58,927 nt of DNA from Candidatus Blackburnbacteria bacterium RIFCSPLOWO2_01_FULL_40_20 (lineage in GTDB: Bacteria; Patescibacteriota; Microgenomatia; UBA8517; UBA10165): positions 1 through 58,927 of the forward strand of contig MHCC01000026.1 in NCBI GenBank assembly GCA_001816475.1, in the 5' to 3' direction. Position numbers and translations under genes: made by a program. The notes under the pieces are model-generated. The model was not told where the DNA came from and searched no databases. It saw only the letters and a program-made list of their open reading frames with translations. Positions 49,552 to 58,837 of the stretch are shown in pieces. Position 1 is the stretch's first letter; every line of letters begins with the position of its first letter.

Positions 49552-50169
49552 ATGAAGCTCGATAAAAAAACAGTTTTAATGATCGTTTCAACAATAATTA
49601 TCTCTCTTGCCGCGGCTTTCGGTGGTTGGAAATTATATTTTTCACGAAACCAAGCGATTGCACCAACCGCTCCAAAACCGGGTTCCGCTCAAGAAGTCGC
49701 GACAACATGCACAGCTTCTTTTACAGTTGCCGCTTTGCCCGTTACCCCTAGCCCTACGTCACCATCGCCAAGCGTAAGACCAACTCCATCACCTAGCCCA
49801 TCACCGTCCTCAAGACCATCTCCTGCAGCCTCACCATCCCCCACACCTGAGGGTGGTCCTGTTATTCAATCACCAAGCCCATCACCAAGAATTTCTCCGT
49901 CCCCATCACCTAGCCCATCACCATCCTCAAACCCATCCCCTGCTGCCTCACCTACCCCCACCCCTGAGGGTGGTCCTGTTATTCAATCACCAAGCCCAAG
50001 TCCATCTTCATCACCCAAGGTTGTTGCACAGGCCAGTCCAAAAGCGTCTCCTAATGTATCACCAAGTCCTGTACCCCAACTTCCAGTTGCCGGGGTAAGT
50101 ATTCCAAGCATAGCAGCGATTGGAAGTGGAATAATTCTTCTTGTGGTTGGCGCACTTCTTGCTTTTTAA
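49552..50169 (+). CDS. Ser/Pro-rich mucin-like protein with LPxAG sorting signal
   Basis: N-terminal TM, (SP)n tracts, LPVAG + hydrophobic C-terminus. Confidence 0.88.
   Translation: MKLDKKTVLMIVSTIIISLAAAFGGWKLYFSRNQAIAPTAPKPGSAQEVATTCTASFTVAALPVTPSPTSPSPSVRPTPSPSPSPSSRPSPAASPSPTPEGGPVIQSPSPSPRISPSPSPSPSPSSNPSPAASPTPTPEGGPVIQSPSPSPSSSPKVVAQASPKASPNVSPSPVPQLPVAGVSIPSIAAIGSGIILLVVGALLAF
49786..49998 (+). repeat. Internal duplication, period 117 bp (39 aa)
   Basis: PSPSPSPSS.PSPAASP.PTPEGGPVIQSPSP twice (49786-49881 and 49903-49998). Confidence 0.85.
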
Positions 50170-50171
50170 TC

Positions 50172-52580
50172 TCAAATCAAAAACGTTGACCAAAACTTGG
50201 GAAGTGGAAGTCCCGTCCAGAGAGGATAGTAAAGTACAAAGGCTACAGCGGCCAATAAAAAGTAAACATACACCAACACCTTCTTATTAGTATCCCAAAA
50301 TCTCGCAAGCAACCAAGCCAAAAGCATCAACATGAAAGGCGTGGCGGGCAAATAGTGGTATAGAAACATAATTCGGGGGGAAATTGACCAAGGTAAGAAC
50401 AGACCTAAATAACATACTAAGGCAAACAAAAGATTTTTATTAAACTTCTTTATCAAAAATATTACGGACGTAAAAATTGCAGAAAGACCACCCCAAAAAA
50501 GAATTGGGTTCCCGGACAAATAAATGTTTGATACATTTTTTGCGTGATCTTCAACAAAAAGCCAAACAGGCTTTGCCATTATTGGCCAAGACCACCAAGG
50601 CGAGGAATATGGGTGAGTTGCTTTAAGCCCTGTGTGGTACCACCACATTTGTTGTTGAGTATCCCACCACTCTTTTAAGTTGTGACCGGAAGTGAAAAAT
50701 ATTGTGTAGGAAGCAAAATACAACAATGGCGGAAGAATAAGGAAAAAAATAAATTGCCAATCAAACCTTCTCTTATAAAAAATCCAAGCAACAACAAGAA
50801 TTGGTATTACAAAAAAAGAAGTCCATTTCGAAGACAACGCCAACCCTAAAAATAAAGCACTTAAAAAGTATTTGTCTTTTAAGAAAAATAATATTGTCCC
50901 AAGCGTAAAGGACAAAAAGTAGATGTCATTCATTCCGATTCGAGACAAAACAAGCGGCAATCCTTCAAGAAGATAAAGTAGCAATGTAATAAAAGCAGGT
51001 AGTTCTCTTTTAAATATTTGCCTTGTTAGGGAATACAAAAGATATCCTGATAAAACACCAAAAATAGCACCTGGCAATCTCCACCCTACTTGGTTTTGCC
51101 CAAACAAAAGCATGCTTGCACTCATTGCAAGTTTGGCAAAAGGCGGATGAGTCCACTCGTAAGCCAGCCCTTCTGGTGGTGTTGCCCAAAATTCCCAAGC
51201 TTGCGGATTTCCTTTGACAATTTCAACAGCAGTGAAGGCGTGGTAGACTTCATCAAAATAAAAAGTGTTCGGATACCATAAAAGAAATATACGGGACGCA
51301 AAAATGAACAAAATAATCGCCCAAAATATAACTTTGGGAGTTTTCCACTTTTCCTTAATAGGACTGGCGTCCTCCACATAAGACGAAAATTTTGCAAATG
51401 TCAGCTTTGGCAAGAGCGAGGTATTTCTCAAAATAAAGAGCAAAACAAAACTTGCCAAAAATGATATTGCGATAAATGGAATTAGCGTTTGAATCAAGTC
51501 AAGCAGCAGCTTGGATCTTAAAAAATTATCAGTGTAATAGGCGTATGCATAATAAATATTCAGAAAAGCTCCCAAAGAAACAAAAAAATAGATAGCGAGC
51601 AAGTCGCGGGATTTTTTCAAGCTAGCACTGGTTAGCAAGAAAGCAAAAACAGGAAAAATATATCTTTCGTGAACGCGGGTTGGAAACAAGAAAAAAGCAA
51701 AAAGGAACATTGCTCCAATTAAATATCCAACATTTTTTTGTTTTTTCAATAAATAATATGAAACTATTGACACTGTTGATATAAGATACAAAATTATCCC
51801 CCAAGCACGATAACTCAAAGAAAGCAAGGTTGTTGCGTCTGACTGCCACATTCCAACAAGTGACCAAAAATTAAACGCAAAAAGAGAAGTCAAGGCATAA
51901 AAGATATCCATTTTAAGGATTAAATTCACGAGTCCTTGGACAAAATTTCCCGGAAAGAAAGGTATTGCAGGTAATATACCTACAAACACACCCAAAAACA
52001 TGTTGAGAATGCCTCTAAACGACTTCTCTTTTGCCAAGTAAAGCATCAGAAGTGGCGCAATTGCCAATGCTTGTGGTTTGATCAGAATTCCTAAACCCAA
52101 AAGAACTCCAGATAAAAATGCTTTTTTATAACCAACGAGTGCTGTAAAAGAAGAAAAAACAAAAAAAGTAAGAATTCCGTCTATTTGTCCCCAAACCGAT
52201 CCATCAAAAATTACAACTGGATTAAAAACATAAAGAAAAAAAGATAACAAACCTAATTTTTTATCTTTTTTGCCAACAAGGTGAAAAATTAATAAGCCTG
52301 TTGCAATATCCGCAACAACAACCAGTAATTTTACCCAAAGTTCTCCAAGTAATCCCGCTCCAGCTCCCAACCATAGCCAATATAAAAAACCGGGAGTGTA
52401 CTCTGTCCAAACTGAATCACTGTAAAAGTGTGCTGGGCCTAAGGCCAAGACCCTTTGTCCCCAGGAAATCCAAGTTCCCATGTCTATCGTAAAACTTGGT
52501 AAAAAGGACAGGTAAATTTTAACAATAAAAGCAAAAAATATTAGTAAAATCGGCTGACTCGACAAACTTTTTATTTTCAT
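50172..52580 (-). CDS. GT-C fusion: N-terminal mannosyltransferase-like domain + protein O-mannosyltransferase (PMT) domain
   Basis: N-half YTPG, WGQID, IKPQ, VHERY; C-half FDEVY, HPP..K, GWR, HPYSS.WW.WP, FLYHY. Confidence 0.88.
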   Translation of the reverse strand: MKIKSLSSQPILLIFFAFIVKIYLSFLPSFTIDMGTWISWGQRVLALGPAHFYSDSVWTEYTPGFLYWLWLGAGAGLLGELWVKLLVVVADIATGLLIFHLVGKKDKKLGLLSFFLYVFNPVVIFDGSVWGQIDGILTFFVFSSFTALVGYKKAFLSGVLLGLGILIKPQALAIAPLLMLYLAKEKSFRGILNMFLGVFVGILPAIPFFPGNFVQGLVNLILKMDIFYALTSLFAFNFWSLVGMWQSDATTLLSLSYRAWGIILYLISTVSIVSYYLLKKQKNVGYLIGAMFLFAFFLFPTRVHERYIFPVFAFLLTSASLKKSRDLLAIYFFVSLGAFLNIYYAYAYYTDNFLRSKLLLDLIQTLIPFIAISFLASFVLLFILRNTSLLPKLTFAKFSSYVEDASPIKEKWKTPKVIFWAIILFIFASRIFLLWYPNTFYFDEVYHAFTAVEIVKGNPQAWEFWATPPEGLAYEWTHPPFAKLAMSASMLLFGQNQVGWRLPGAIFGVLSGYLLYSLTRQIFKRELPAFITLLLYLLEGLPLVLSRIGMNDIYFLSFTLGTILFFLKDKYFLSALFLGLALSSKWTSFFVIPILVVAWIFYKRRFDWQFIFFLILPPLLYFASYTIFFTSGHNLKEWWDTQQQMWWYHTGLKATHPYSSPWWSWPIMAKPVWLFVEDHAKNVSNIYLSGNPILFWGGLSAIFTSVIFLIKKFNKNLLFALVCYLGLFLPWSISPRIMFLYHYLPATPFMLMLLAWLLARFWDTNKKVLVYVYFLLAAVAFVLYYPLWTGLPLPKFWSTFLI

Positions 52581-52661
52581 TGGACTACAAAATATTAATC
52601 TTACTTCACTCCAAAATGCAATCGGTTGTATTAAATTTGAATTAGTGGAATACTTAAAAAC

Positions 52662-53903
52662 ATGAACAAACTATTGATTGGATATCTTTTTTTATTCTTG
52701 TCAGTTGTTTTAATAACACTGCTCGCGTTTGACTCGTCCTACTTTCCACATCTCCAAGTTGATATTGTTGTTTTTTACAACCGTGCAAACTTTTTTTTAC
52801 AAAATTTAAGCCTTGAACATCTCGCAAACAATGAATACCAACCTGGAGCACTACTGTTTTTTATACTTTTGTCTCCCATACTTTCAATTAACAATTCTTT
52901 TGACACATTCAAGCTCGCCTTTTTCGCTGCAAACATATTACTATTGTTTTTGGCGTCTATTATTCCGGCTAAAACAGTTGGGTGGATGGGAATTGCTGTT
53001 TTTGGCCTGATTTTGTTGTTTACTGGTCCAATAATATTGTTTCGTTTTGATTTGTTGGCTGCGCTTGTTGTTAATCTCTCTTTTTATTTTTGGTTAAAAG
53101 ATAAAAAAATCCTTTCATTTGTTATTTTGAGCATCGCTACGCAAATAAAGGTTTACCCAATAATTTTTCTGCCCTATTTACTATTTTTAAGTTTTAAAAA
53201 CAAAGGTATAAAAGTAGCTTTTGGCCATCTCCTTTGTTTTTTAGGAAGTTTAATAATATTTTTATCGCTCTTTATCCTAATATTCGACGCTCGCCTGGCT
53301 GACATTATCAACGCCTTGGATTTCCACGCAAAAAAACCGTTGGGGATTGAAAGTGTTTATGCAACAGTTTTGTTATTGTTGAATACCCCTCACTTACCAC
53401 AACCTGTTGGCGCCTACGGTATATGGGGATTTAGCCCAAAAGATATTGTCCTGCCTCTCCAAGTTTACAATTACTTATGGTTAATCCCGTTTATTATTCT
53501 TCATATTGTGTTATTTTTTCAGGCCCGTAGGCCAAACTTTGACTTAAGGTTTTGTCTTGTAAACATCCTTTCCTTCCTTATCTTTTCAAAAGTTTTTGCG
53601 CACCAATATCTAATTTGGTTTTTGTTAATAATCCCATTGTTTTTTAAAAACCATCTTAAAAAAACTATCTGGAAGATCAATTTATTATTGATTTTGCTTA
53701 CAAGCCTACTTTCACAATTCATTTATCCTTTAAACTACACAGAATTTTTAGAAGAGCTGATGGGCAAAAACAATTTTTCGTTTGTTTTTTATGCAAGTAT
53801 TGTTAGGAATATTTTGCTTGTAGTTTTGTTGGTAAGCCTGATATTTGACTGGTTAAAATCATCTGACAAATCCACATTAGTCAAAACGACATCTATTTCT
53901 TGA
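52662..53903 (+). CDS. GT87/DUF2029-like membrane glycosyltransferase
   Basis: EYQPGA, RFD, KVYP, IES, KVF..QYLIW. Confidence 0.82.
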   Translation: MNKLLIGYLFLFLSVVLITLLAFDSSYFPHLQVDIVVFYNRANFFLQNLSLEHLANNEYQPGALLFFILLSPILSINNSFDTFKLAFFAANILLLFLASIIPAKTVGWMGIAVFGLILLFTGPIILFRFDLLAALVVNLSFYFWLKDKKILSFVILSIATQIKVYPIIFLPYLLFLSFKNKGIKVAFGHLLCFLGSLIIFLSLFILIFDARLADIINALDFHAKKPLGIESVYATVLLLLNTPHLPQPVGAYGIWGFSPKDIVLPLQVYNYLWLIPFIILHIVLFFQARRPNFDLRFCLVNILSFLIFSKVFAHQYLIWFLLIIPLFFKNHLKKTIWKINLLLILLTSLLSQFIYPLNYTEFLEELMGKNNFSFVFYASIVRNILLVVLLVSLIFDWLKSSDKSTLVKTTSIS

Positions 53904-54969
53904 CAGACGTAAAATCTCCAACTTTGCAATCATTATTTTGAAGTAAACATGCAACCCAAGAATGAGCTGCATCCCAGTTCCCACCTCGAGGAACAAGGAC
54001 CCATTGTTTATTATACTTTTGATTATCTTTTGGATGGTCCAAAAATCCATCGTTTAAACTCAATTGGTCGGGAGTTTCCAATACTTGATTTCTTATTGTT
54101 GCGCTTTTTAATTTGAACGCAAGCTTTGCCAATGGTCCAAAGTGAGATTGTGGTATATCTGTATCGATCGCATTGTTAACGATGTCTAACACCTGACCAA
54201 TTTTTGTGGGATTAGACAAAAAATCAAATGCTAAAACTTTGCCACGTATCGCTGAAATAATTTTTTGTTGTCGCTGGCTTCTTGAAAAGTCTGTCCCTTC
54301 CGCGCCTTGCGCATGGCGAGAACGTGCATATTTGAGAGCTGTTTCTCCGTCAAAATGATGTAATCCAGTTTCAAAAGTTACTGTTTGATAACGACATTGA
54401 GTTTCAGGATCCCCACTGCAAAGATCGTCTTCCTTTCCAAAAATTGGATACTGGTCATCCGTAAAACTTTTCTCGACATTAACGTCCACTCCTCCTAATA
54501 AATTAACAAACTCCCTGAAGTTATCAAAGGAAACAACGACTTCGTAATCTATTGGCTGTCCAACAATCTCAGAAACGTATTTACGAGTCCAATCAAGCCC
54601 CGTTCCCTCTTCACTGTTTCCATAATAGTAAGCAGTGTTTATTTTTGCTTGCATTTGGGGAACCCAAATATCCCGAGGAATAGAAAGAAGCAAAACATCC
54701 TTGCCTTTTAGGTCGGCTGAAGCGAAAATAATTGTATCGGTCAGCCCTGATGGTTCATTTTTTGGTTCTCCCAATCCCAAAATTAGAAAGTTTATTCTAC
54801 CGTTATTGGTGCGCAATACATTCTCTTGCGTCACAACCAAATCCTTTGCAAAAGTAAGAGCATAACCAAAATATGGGTATAAAGGTTGCAAATAGATCAC
54901 CAAGTAGACAACTATTCCTGCAATAACCACTAACAACGAATATTTAAGTATGTGGTAAAATTTCTCCAT
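53893..54969 (-). CDS. LytR-CpsA-Psr (LCP) family protein
   Basis: TDTI, SIPRD, KIN.AY, AL.YARSRH, DF.R..RQ; start probably ATG 54969. Confidence 0.95.
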   Translation of the reverse strand: MEKFYHILKYSLLVVIAGIVVYLVIYLQPLYPYFGYALTFAKDLVVTQENVLRTNNGRINFLILGLGEPKNEPSGLTDTIIFASADLKGKDVLLLSIPRDIWVPQMQAKINTAYYYGNSEEGTGLDWTRKYVSEIVGQPIDYEVVVSFDNFREFVNLLGGVDVNVEKSFTDDQYPIFGKEDDLCSGDPETQCRYQTVTFETGLHHFDGETALKYARSRHAQGAEGTDFSRSQRQQKIISAIRGKVLAFDFLSNPTKIGQVLDIVNNAIDTDIPQSHFGPLAKLAFKLKSATIRNQVLETPDQLSLNDGFLDHPKDNQKYNKQWVLVPRGGNWDAAHSWVACLLQNNDCKVGDFTSVKK

Positions 54970-56860
54970 GGCTTCTAAAGCTGGCGATGCTGCAATTTTA
55001 TCCAATTTAAACCCTGCTCAACAAGAGGCAGTTACTTTTTGGGGCAGGCCTTTGCTAATTCTGGCAGGCGCTGGGTCTGGTAAGACTAAAACGCTTACAA
55101 CACGAGCCGCGTGGCTAATTTCTGAAAAAGGAATTCCACCCCAAAGTATTTTATTGCTTACTTTCACTAATAAAGCAGCTGGGGAAATGAAGGATCGAAT
55201 TGCAAAGTTGATGGATCCAAAAGATGCCTACCCGCCTTTTGCTGGCACTTTTCATTCTTTTTGTGCAAAAGTGCTGCGCCGTGACGGAAAATTTATAGGA
55301 CTTTCTTCAAATTTTGCAATATACGACACAAGCGACCAACAAGATATTGTTAAAACAATTATTGCCAACTTGGGTCTTGATAAATCACTTAAAGCGCCCG
55401 TTGCCCTTTCTATGATTTCTCAATGCAAAAACGAGTTAGTCAGTGCCTTGGAGTATGCAGAGTTTACCCGAGGAGAATTTCAAAAGAAAATTGCTAAGGT
55501 TTATCTTGAATACCAACGGCTTCTAAAAGAAAGCAGCGCACTTGATTTTGATGACCTTTTAACCGAAACAGTCAAGCTGTTCAAGACGGAGAAGGACGTA
55601 CTTAATAAATACAGAAACCTGTTCCAACATATCCTGGTTGACGAGTGGCAAGATACGAACAAGGCTCAATATCAAATCATAAAGCTACTTACCGGCCGAG
55701 ACCACAATTTAACAGTAGTTGGAGATGCTGCACAAAGCATTTATAAATGGCGTGGCGCAGATTATAGAAATATTAACTACCTACAAGTTGACTTTCCAGA
55801 CTTAAAAACTATCAACCTCGAACAAAACTATCGCTCAACTCAAACGATTTTAGACGCAGCGCACGGAGTAATCAAAAAAAACCGTTCACATCCGATTTTG
55901 CAACTTTGGACAAATAATAAAAAAGGGGAAAAAATAAAACTCTACCAAGCCCGATCAGAGTTAGATGAGGCAAGTTTTGTTACCGAAGAAATCGTTAAAC
56001 TGACATCTAAAAATAAACAATCTAAAGAATATTCAGATATCGCAGTACTGTATAGAACAAACGCACAGTCGCGTGTAATTGAAGAGGCTTTTTTGCATCG
56101 GGGAATACCCTATACCCTAGTCGGAGGTGTAAAATTTTATGAACGCAAAGAAATAAAAGATATTCTTGCATACTTGCGGCTTGTTGCAAATCCGAAAGAT
56201 TCGGTATCTAACAAACGTGCAGAAAAGCTTGGTAAAACACGCTTTGCAAATTTTTGCCAATTAGCAGAAAAAATTATGAGTGATGAGGGTAGGGTCCTTA
56301 TGGACAAAAAAGAATTAACAACTCTAGATCTTTTGGACAAAGTAGTGCAAACGACAAAGTATTTAGAATTTTTCGATCAAAAAAATGAAGATGACCTGGC
56401 TCGCCTTGAAAACATTAAAGAGTTGCGTTCTGTTGCGACAGAATTTCCAAATCTTTTTGAATTTCTAGAGCAAGTTGCACTAGTTGAAGCAGCCCAAAGC
56501 CCTAAAAATAGCGAATCGAGCAACAACGGAAAAGTTACTTTAATGACTGCCCATTCAGCTAAAGGTTTGGAATTTGAGGTAGTTTTTATAGTTGGACTTG
56601 AAGAAGGACTTCTTCCCCACTCACGCTCTTTAATGAACCAAGAGGAGTTGGAAGAAGAGCGAAGACTTGTTTATGTGGGAATCACCCGCGCTAAATGCTT
56701 ACTTTACTTGTCATATGCACAAAAGCGTTTAATTTTTGGACAGCGGGGATCTAGCATGCCATCAAGATTTTTAGGTGAAATCCCCAATCATCTATTTGAA
56801 AGTAGTGCATTAGTGGGAATCAAAAAAAACAACTACGAACTTTACGATATTGATTTTTAA
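54968..56860 (+). CDS. pcrA: UvrD/PcrA helicase
   Basis: AGAGSGKT, TFTNKAA, VDEWQDTN, LEQNYRS, HSAKGLEF, YVGITRA. Confidence 0.96.
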   Translation: MASKAGDAAILSNLNPAQQEAVTFWGRPLLILAGAGSGKTKTLTTRAAWLISEKGIPPQSILLLTFTNKAAGEMKDRIAKLMDPKDAYPPFAGTFHSFCAKVLRRDGKFIGLSSNFAIYDTSDQQDIVKTIIANLGLDKSLKAPVALSMISQCKNELVSALEYAEFTRGEFQKKIAKVYLEYQRLLKESSALDFDDLLTETVKLFKTEKDVLNKYRNLFQHILVDEWQDTNKAQYQIIKLLTGRDHNLTVVGDAAQSIYKWRGADYRNINYLQVDFPDLKTINLEQNYRSTQTILDAAHGVIKKNRSHPILQLWTNNKKGEKIKLYQARSELDEASFVTEEIVKLTSKNKQSKEYSDIAVLYRTNAQSRVIEEAFLHRGIPYTLVGGVKFYERKEIKDILAYLRLVANPKDSVSNKRAEKLGKTRFANFCQLAEKIMSDEGRVLMDKKELTTLDLLDKVVQTTKYLEFFDQKNEDDLARLENIKELRSVATEFPNLFEFLEQVALVEAAQSPKNSESSNNGKVTLMTAHSAKGLEFEVVFIVGLEEGLLPHSRSLMNQEELEEERRLVYVGITRAKCLLYLSYAQKRLIFGQRGSSMPSRFLGEIPNHLFESSALVGIKKNNYELYDIDF

Positions 56861-56862
56861 AA

Positions 56863-57876
56863 ATGGAAATTAGAGAAATAAAAGAACAAGAGAAGGAAAA
56901 GTTCAATAAAACAGTCGGACATCCTGTTCAATCCTGGGAATGGGGAGAATTTCGTCAAACCCATGGTAACAAAATCTTACGATTAGGATTATTCGACAAA
57001 GGTAGGCTGAAAGAAGGCTTTCAACTTACAATCCATGGAATCCCTAAAACTAATTTTCGTGTTGCAATGTTTACTCAAGGACCCGAACCGTCAGCTGCAA
57101 CGTTAAAGGGATTAAAAGAGTTTGCACAAAAAGAAAATTTAGTTTTTGTAAGGATAGAGCCCGCTGTTGTGTCCAGTCCAAAGCTTGAATCGCTTATTAC
57201 TAAAAACAATTTAAAACCAAGTCGACCTTTCTTCAACAAAAGCACTTATCTTATTGATCTAACAAAATCTGAAAAGGAACTGCTCTTTAGCATGCACTCA
57301 AAGACTCGCTACAACATCCGGCTTGCTGAGCGTCACGGGGTTGAAGTAATTGAGGACAATTCAACAAAAGCTTTTGGAAAATATTTGGAGCTAATGGACC
57401 AAACTACAACCCGTCAAAAATATTACGCCCATACAGAAAAATACCATCGCTTAATGTGGCAAACACTCAACCCTGCCGGGATTGCTCATCTGTTAGTAAC
57501 GAAATATAAGGGCAAAATATTAAACACGTGGATTCTATTCATTTGGCACAACCATCTCTACTATCCCTATGGTGCATCAAGTGAAGAACACAGAGAAGTC
57601 ATGGCCTCCTACGCTGCAATGTGGGGAGCAATAAAATTTGGAAAAGCAAACAACTTGAAAACTTTTGATCTTTGGGGAGCAGATGACACAAAAGGTTATA
57701 CAAGATTTAAAGAAGGTTTCGGAGGGAAAAAAGTTGAGTTTGCGGGGACATGGGACCTTATCATAAATCCTACGGTTTACTTGCTTTACAGAATTGCTGA
57801 AGAACTTCGCTGGAAAGCTCTCAAACTTAAGACTCGAATTTTCCCCTTTCATTCATCTTTTCGTGCCCAGGATTGA
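56863..57876 (+). CDS. FemABX family peptidyltransferase
   Basis: QSWEWGEF, IDL...E..L..M..KTRYNIRLA..GV, Y.YGAS, FD.WG, FKEGFGG. Confidence 0.93.
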   Translation: MEIREIKEQEKEKFNKTVGHPVQSWEWGEFRQTHGNKILRLGLFDKGRLKEGFQLTIHGIPKTNFRVAMFTQGPEPSAATLKGLKEFAQKENLVFVRIEPAVVSSPKLESLITKNNLKPSRPFFNKSTYLIDLTKSEKELLFSMHSKTRYNIRLAERHGVEVIEDNSTKAFGKYLELMDQTTTRQKYYAHTEKYHRLMWQTLNPAGIAHLLVTKYKGKILNTWILFIWHNHLYYPYGASSEEHREVMASYAAMWGAIKFGKANNLKTFDLWGADDTKGYTRFKEGFGGKKVEFAGTWDLIINPTVYLLYRIAEELRWKALKLKTRIFPFHSSFRAQD

Positions 57877-57898
57877 AGGAAAGCAACCTTGCCGTTCA

Positions 57899-57981
57899 GT
57901 CATTCCCGCGAAAGTCTTCGACCCTGAGCTCAGACCGAAGGGCGGGAATCTATATGGATTCCGCATCAAGTGCGGAATAAC
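57899..57981. repeat. Bipartite REP-like element with nested palindrome
   Basis: GTCATTCCCGC[..CTTCG..TGAGCTCA..CGAAG]GCGGGAATC TATA TGGATTCCGCA-TCAAG-TGCGGAATAAC. Confidence 0.85.
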
Positions 57982-57988
57982 AAAAACT

Positions 57989-58837
57989 ATGATTGATCTT
58001 CGCCAAACAAAAGAATACGCCAAGTATATGAGGATGGTTGGATGGGAGGTAGTCAATTTTCAATTTTCAATTTTCAATTTTCAAATGTTCATTAAAAAGA
58101 TTCCACTGTTGGGAAAAGTTGTAAAAATTCAACGACCACAGTTTATTTCGAAAGAAACTATTGACGAAATTCTAATTTCTCAAAAACCCATTGCTCTTTA
58201 TGTTGAGCCCCCCTTGCTTCCCTTATTTTCCCCACTTTCCCAATTTTCCCACTCCAGTTCTTGCTTTTTGCCTCCAAAAACAATTCACATTGACTTAAAA
58301 AAAACTGAAAAAGAACTCTTGGCAGGAATGAAAATAAAAACCCGTTACAACATCAAGATTGCAAAGAAACGGGGAGTGGTTGTAATTAAATCCATGGACA
58401 TCGATAAGTTTTGTAATCTTTGGAAATCGGCAGCAAGAAAACGTGGAATGTGGTTACCTTTGGGAAAAGAAATAACATCATTGTTTGAGTCGTTTGGGTT
58501 AAATGCTCACATCCTACTTGCCTATCATGACGACCAACCGCTGGGTGGCATTTTGCTAATTTGCACTAAGGATATTTGTTATTACATGTATGCTTGTTCA
58601 ACTCCAGAAGGTAAAAAACTTTTTGCTCCAACCTTGCTTGCCTGGGAAGCTATAAAACTTGCAAAAAAAAAGGGCTGTAAAATTTTTGATTTTGAAGGAG
58701 TGTACGACGAACGCTATTCCCAAACAAAATCGTGGAAAGGTTTTACAAAGTTTAAAGAAGGGTTTGGGGGAGAAATAGCAACTTACCCTGAAACACTTGT
58801 TAAATATTCAAATCCAATAGTCAAACTGCTTCTTTGA
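57989..58837 (+). CDS. Second FemABX family protein (start reassigned to ATG 57989)
   Basis: DLRQT, IDL...E..L..MK.KTRYNI, FDFEG, G.TKFKEGFGG. Confidence 0.9.
   Translation: MIDLRQTKEYAKYMRMVGWEVVNFQFSIFNFQMFIKKIPLLGKVVKIQRPQFISKETIDEILISQKPIALYVEPPLLPLFSPLSQFSHSSSCFLPPKTIHIDLKKTEKELLAGMKIKTRYNIKIAKKRGVVVIKSMDIDKFCNLWKSAARKRGMWLPLGKEITSLFESFGLNAHILLAYHDDQPLGGILLICTKDICYYMYACSTPEGKKLFAPTLLAWEAIKLAKKKGCKIFDFEGVYDERYSQTKSWKGFTKFKEGFGGEIATYPETLVKYSNPIVKLLL
58055..58082 (+). repeat. (AATTTTC)4 inside the femABX coding region
   Basis: Four perfect heptamers encoding NFQFSIFNFQ. Confidence 0.92.

Noticed and set aside
49546-49554. Stop-codon readthrough fusing the Cys-rich and SP-rich genes
   Set aside because: The second gene has its own ATG and N-terminal TM; being in frame has a 1-in-3 chance.
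57794-57988. N-terminal extension of the second femABX (likewise for rpoB, nusA, ruvX, rpsO)
   Set aside because: These extensions run through upstream genes or UTR hairpins; family similarity starts at the downstream ATG.
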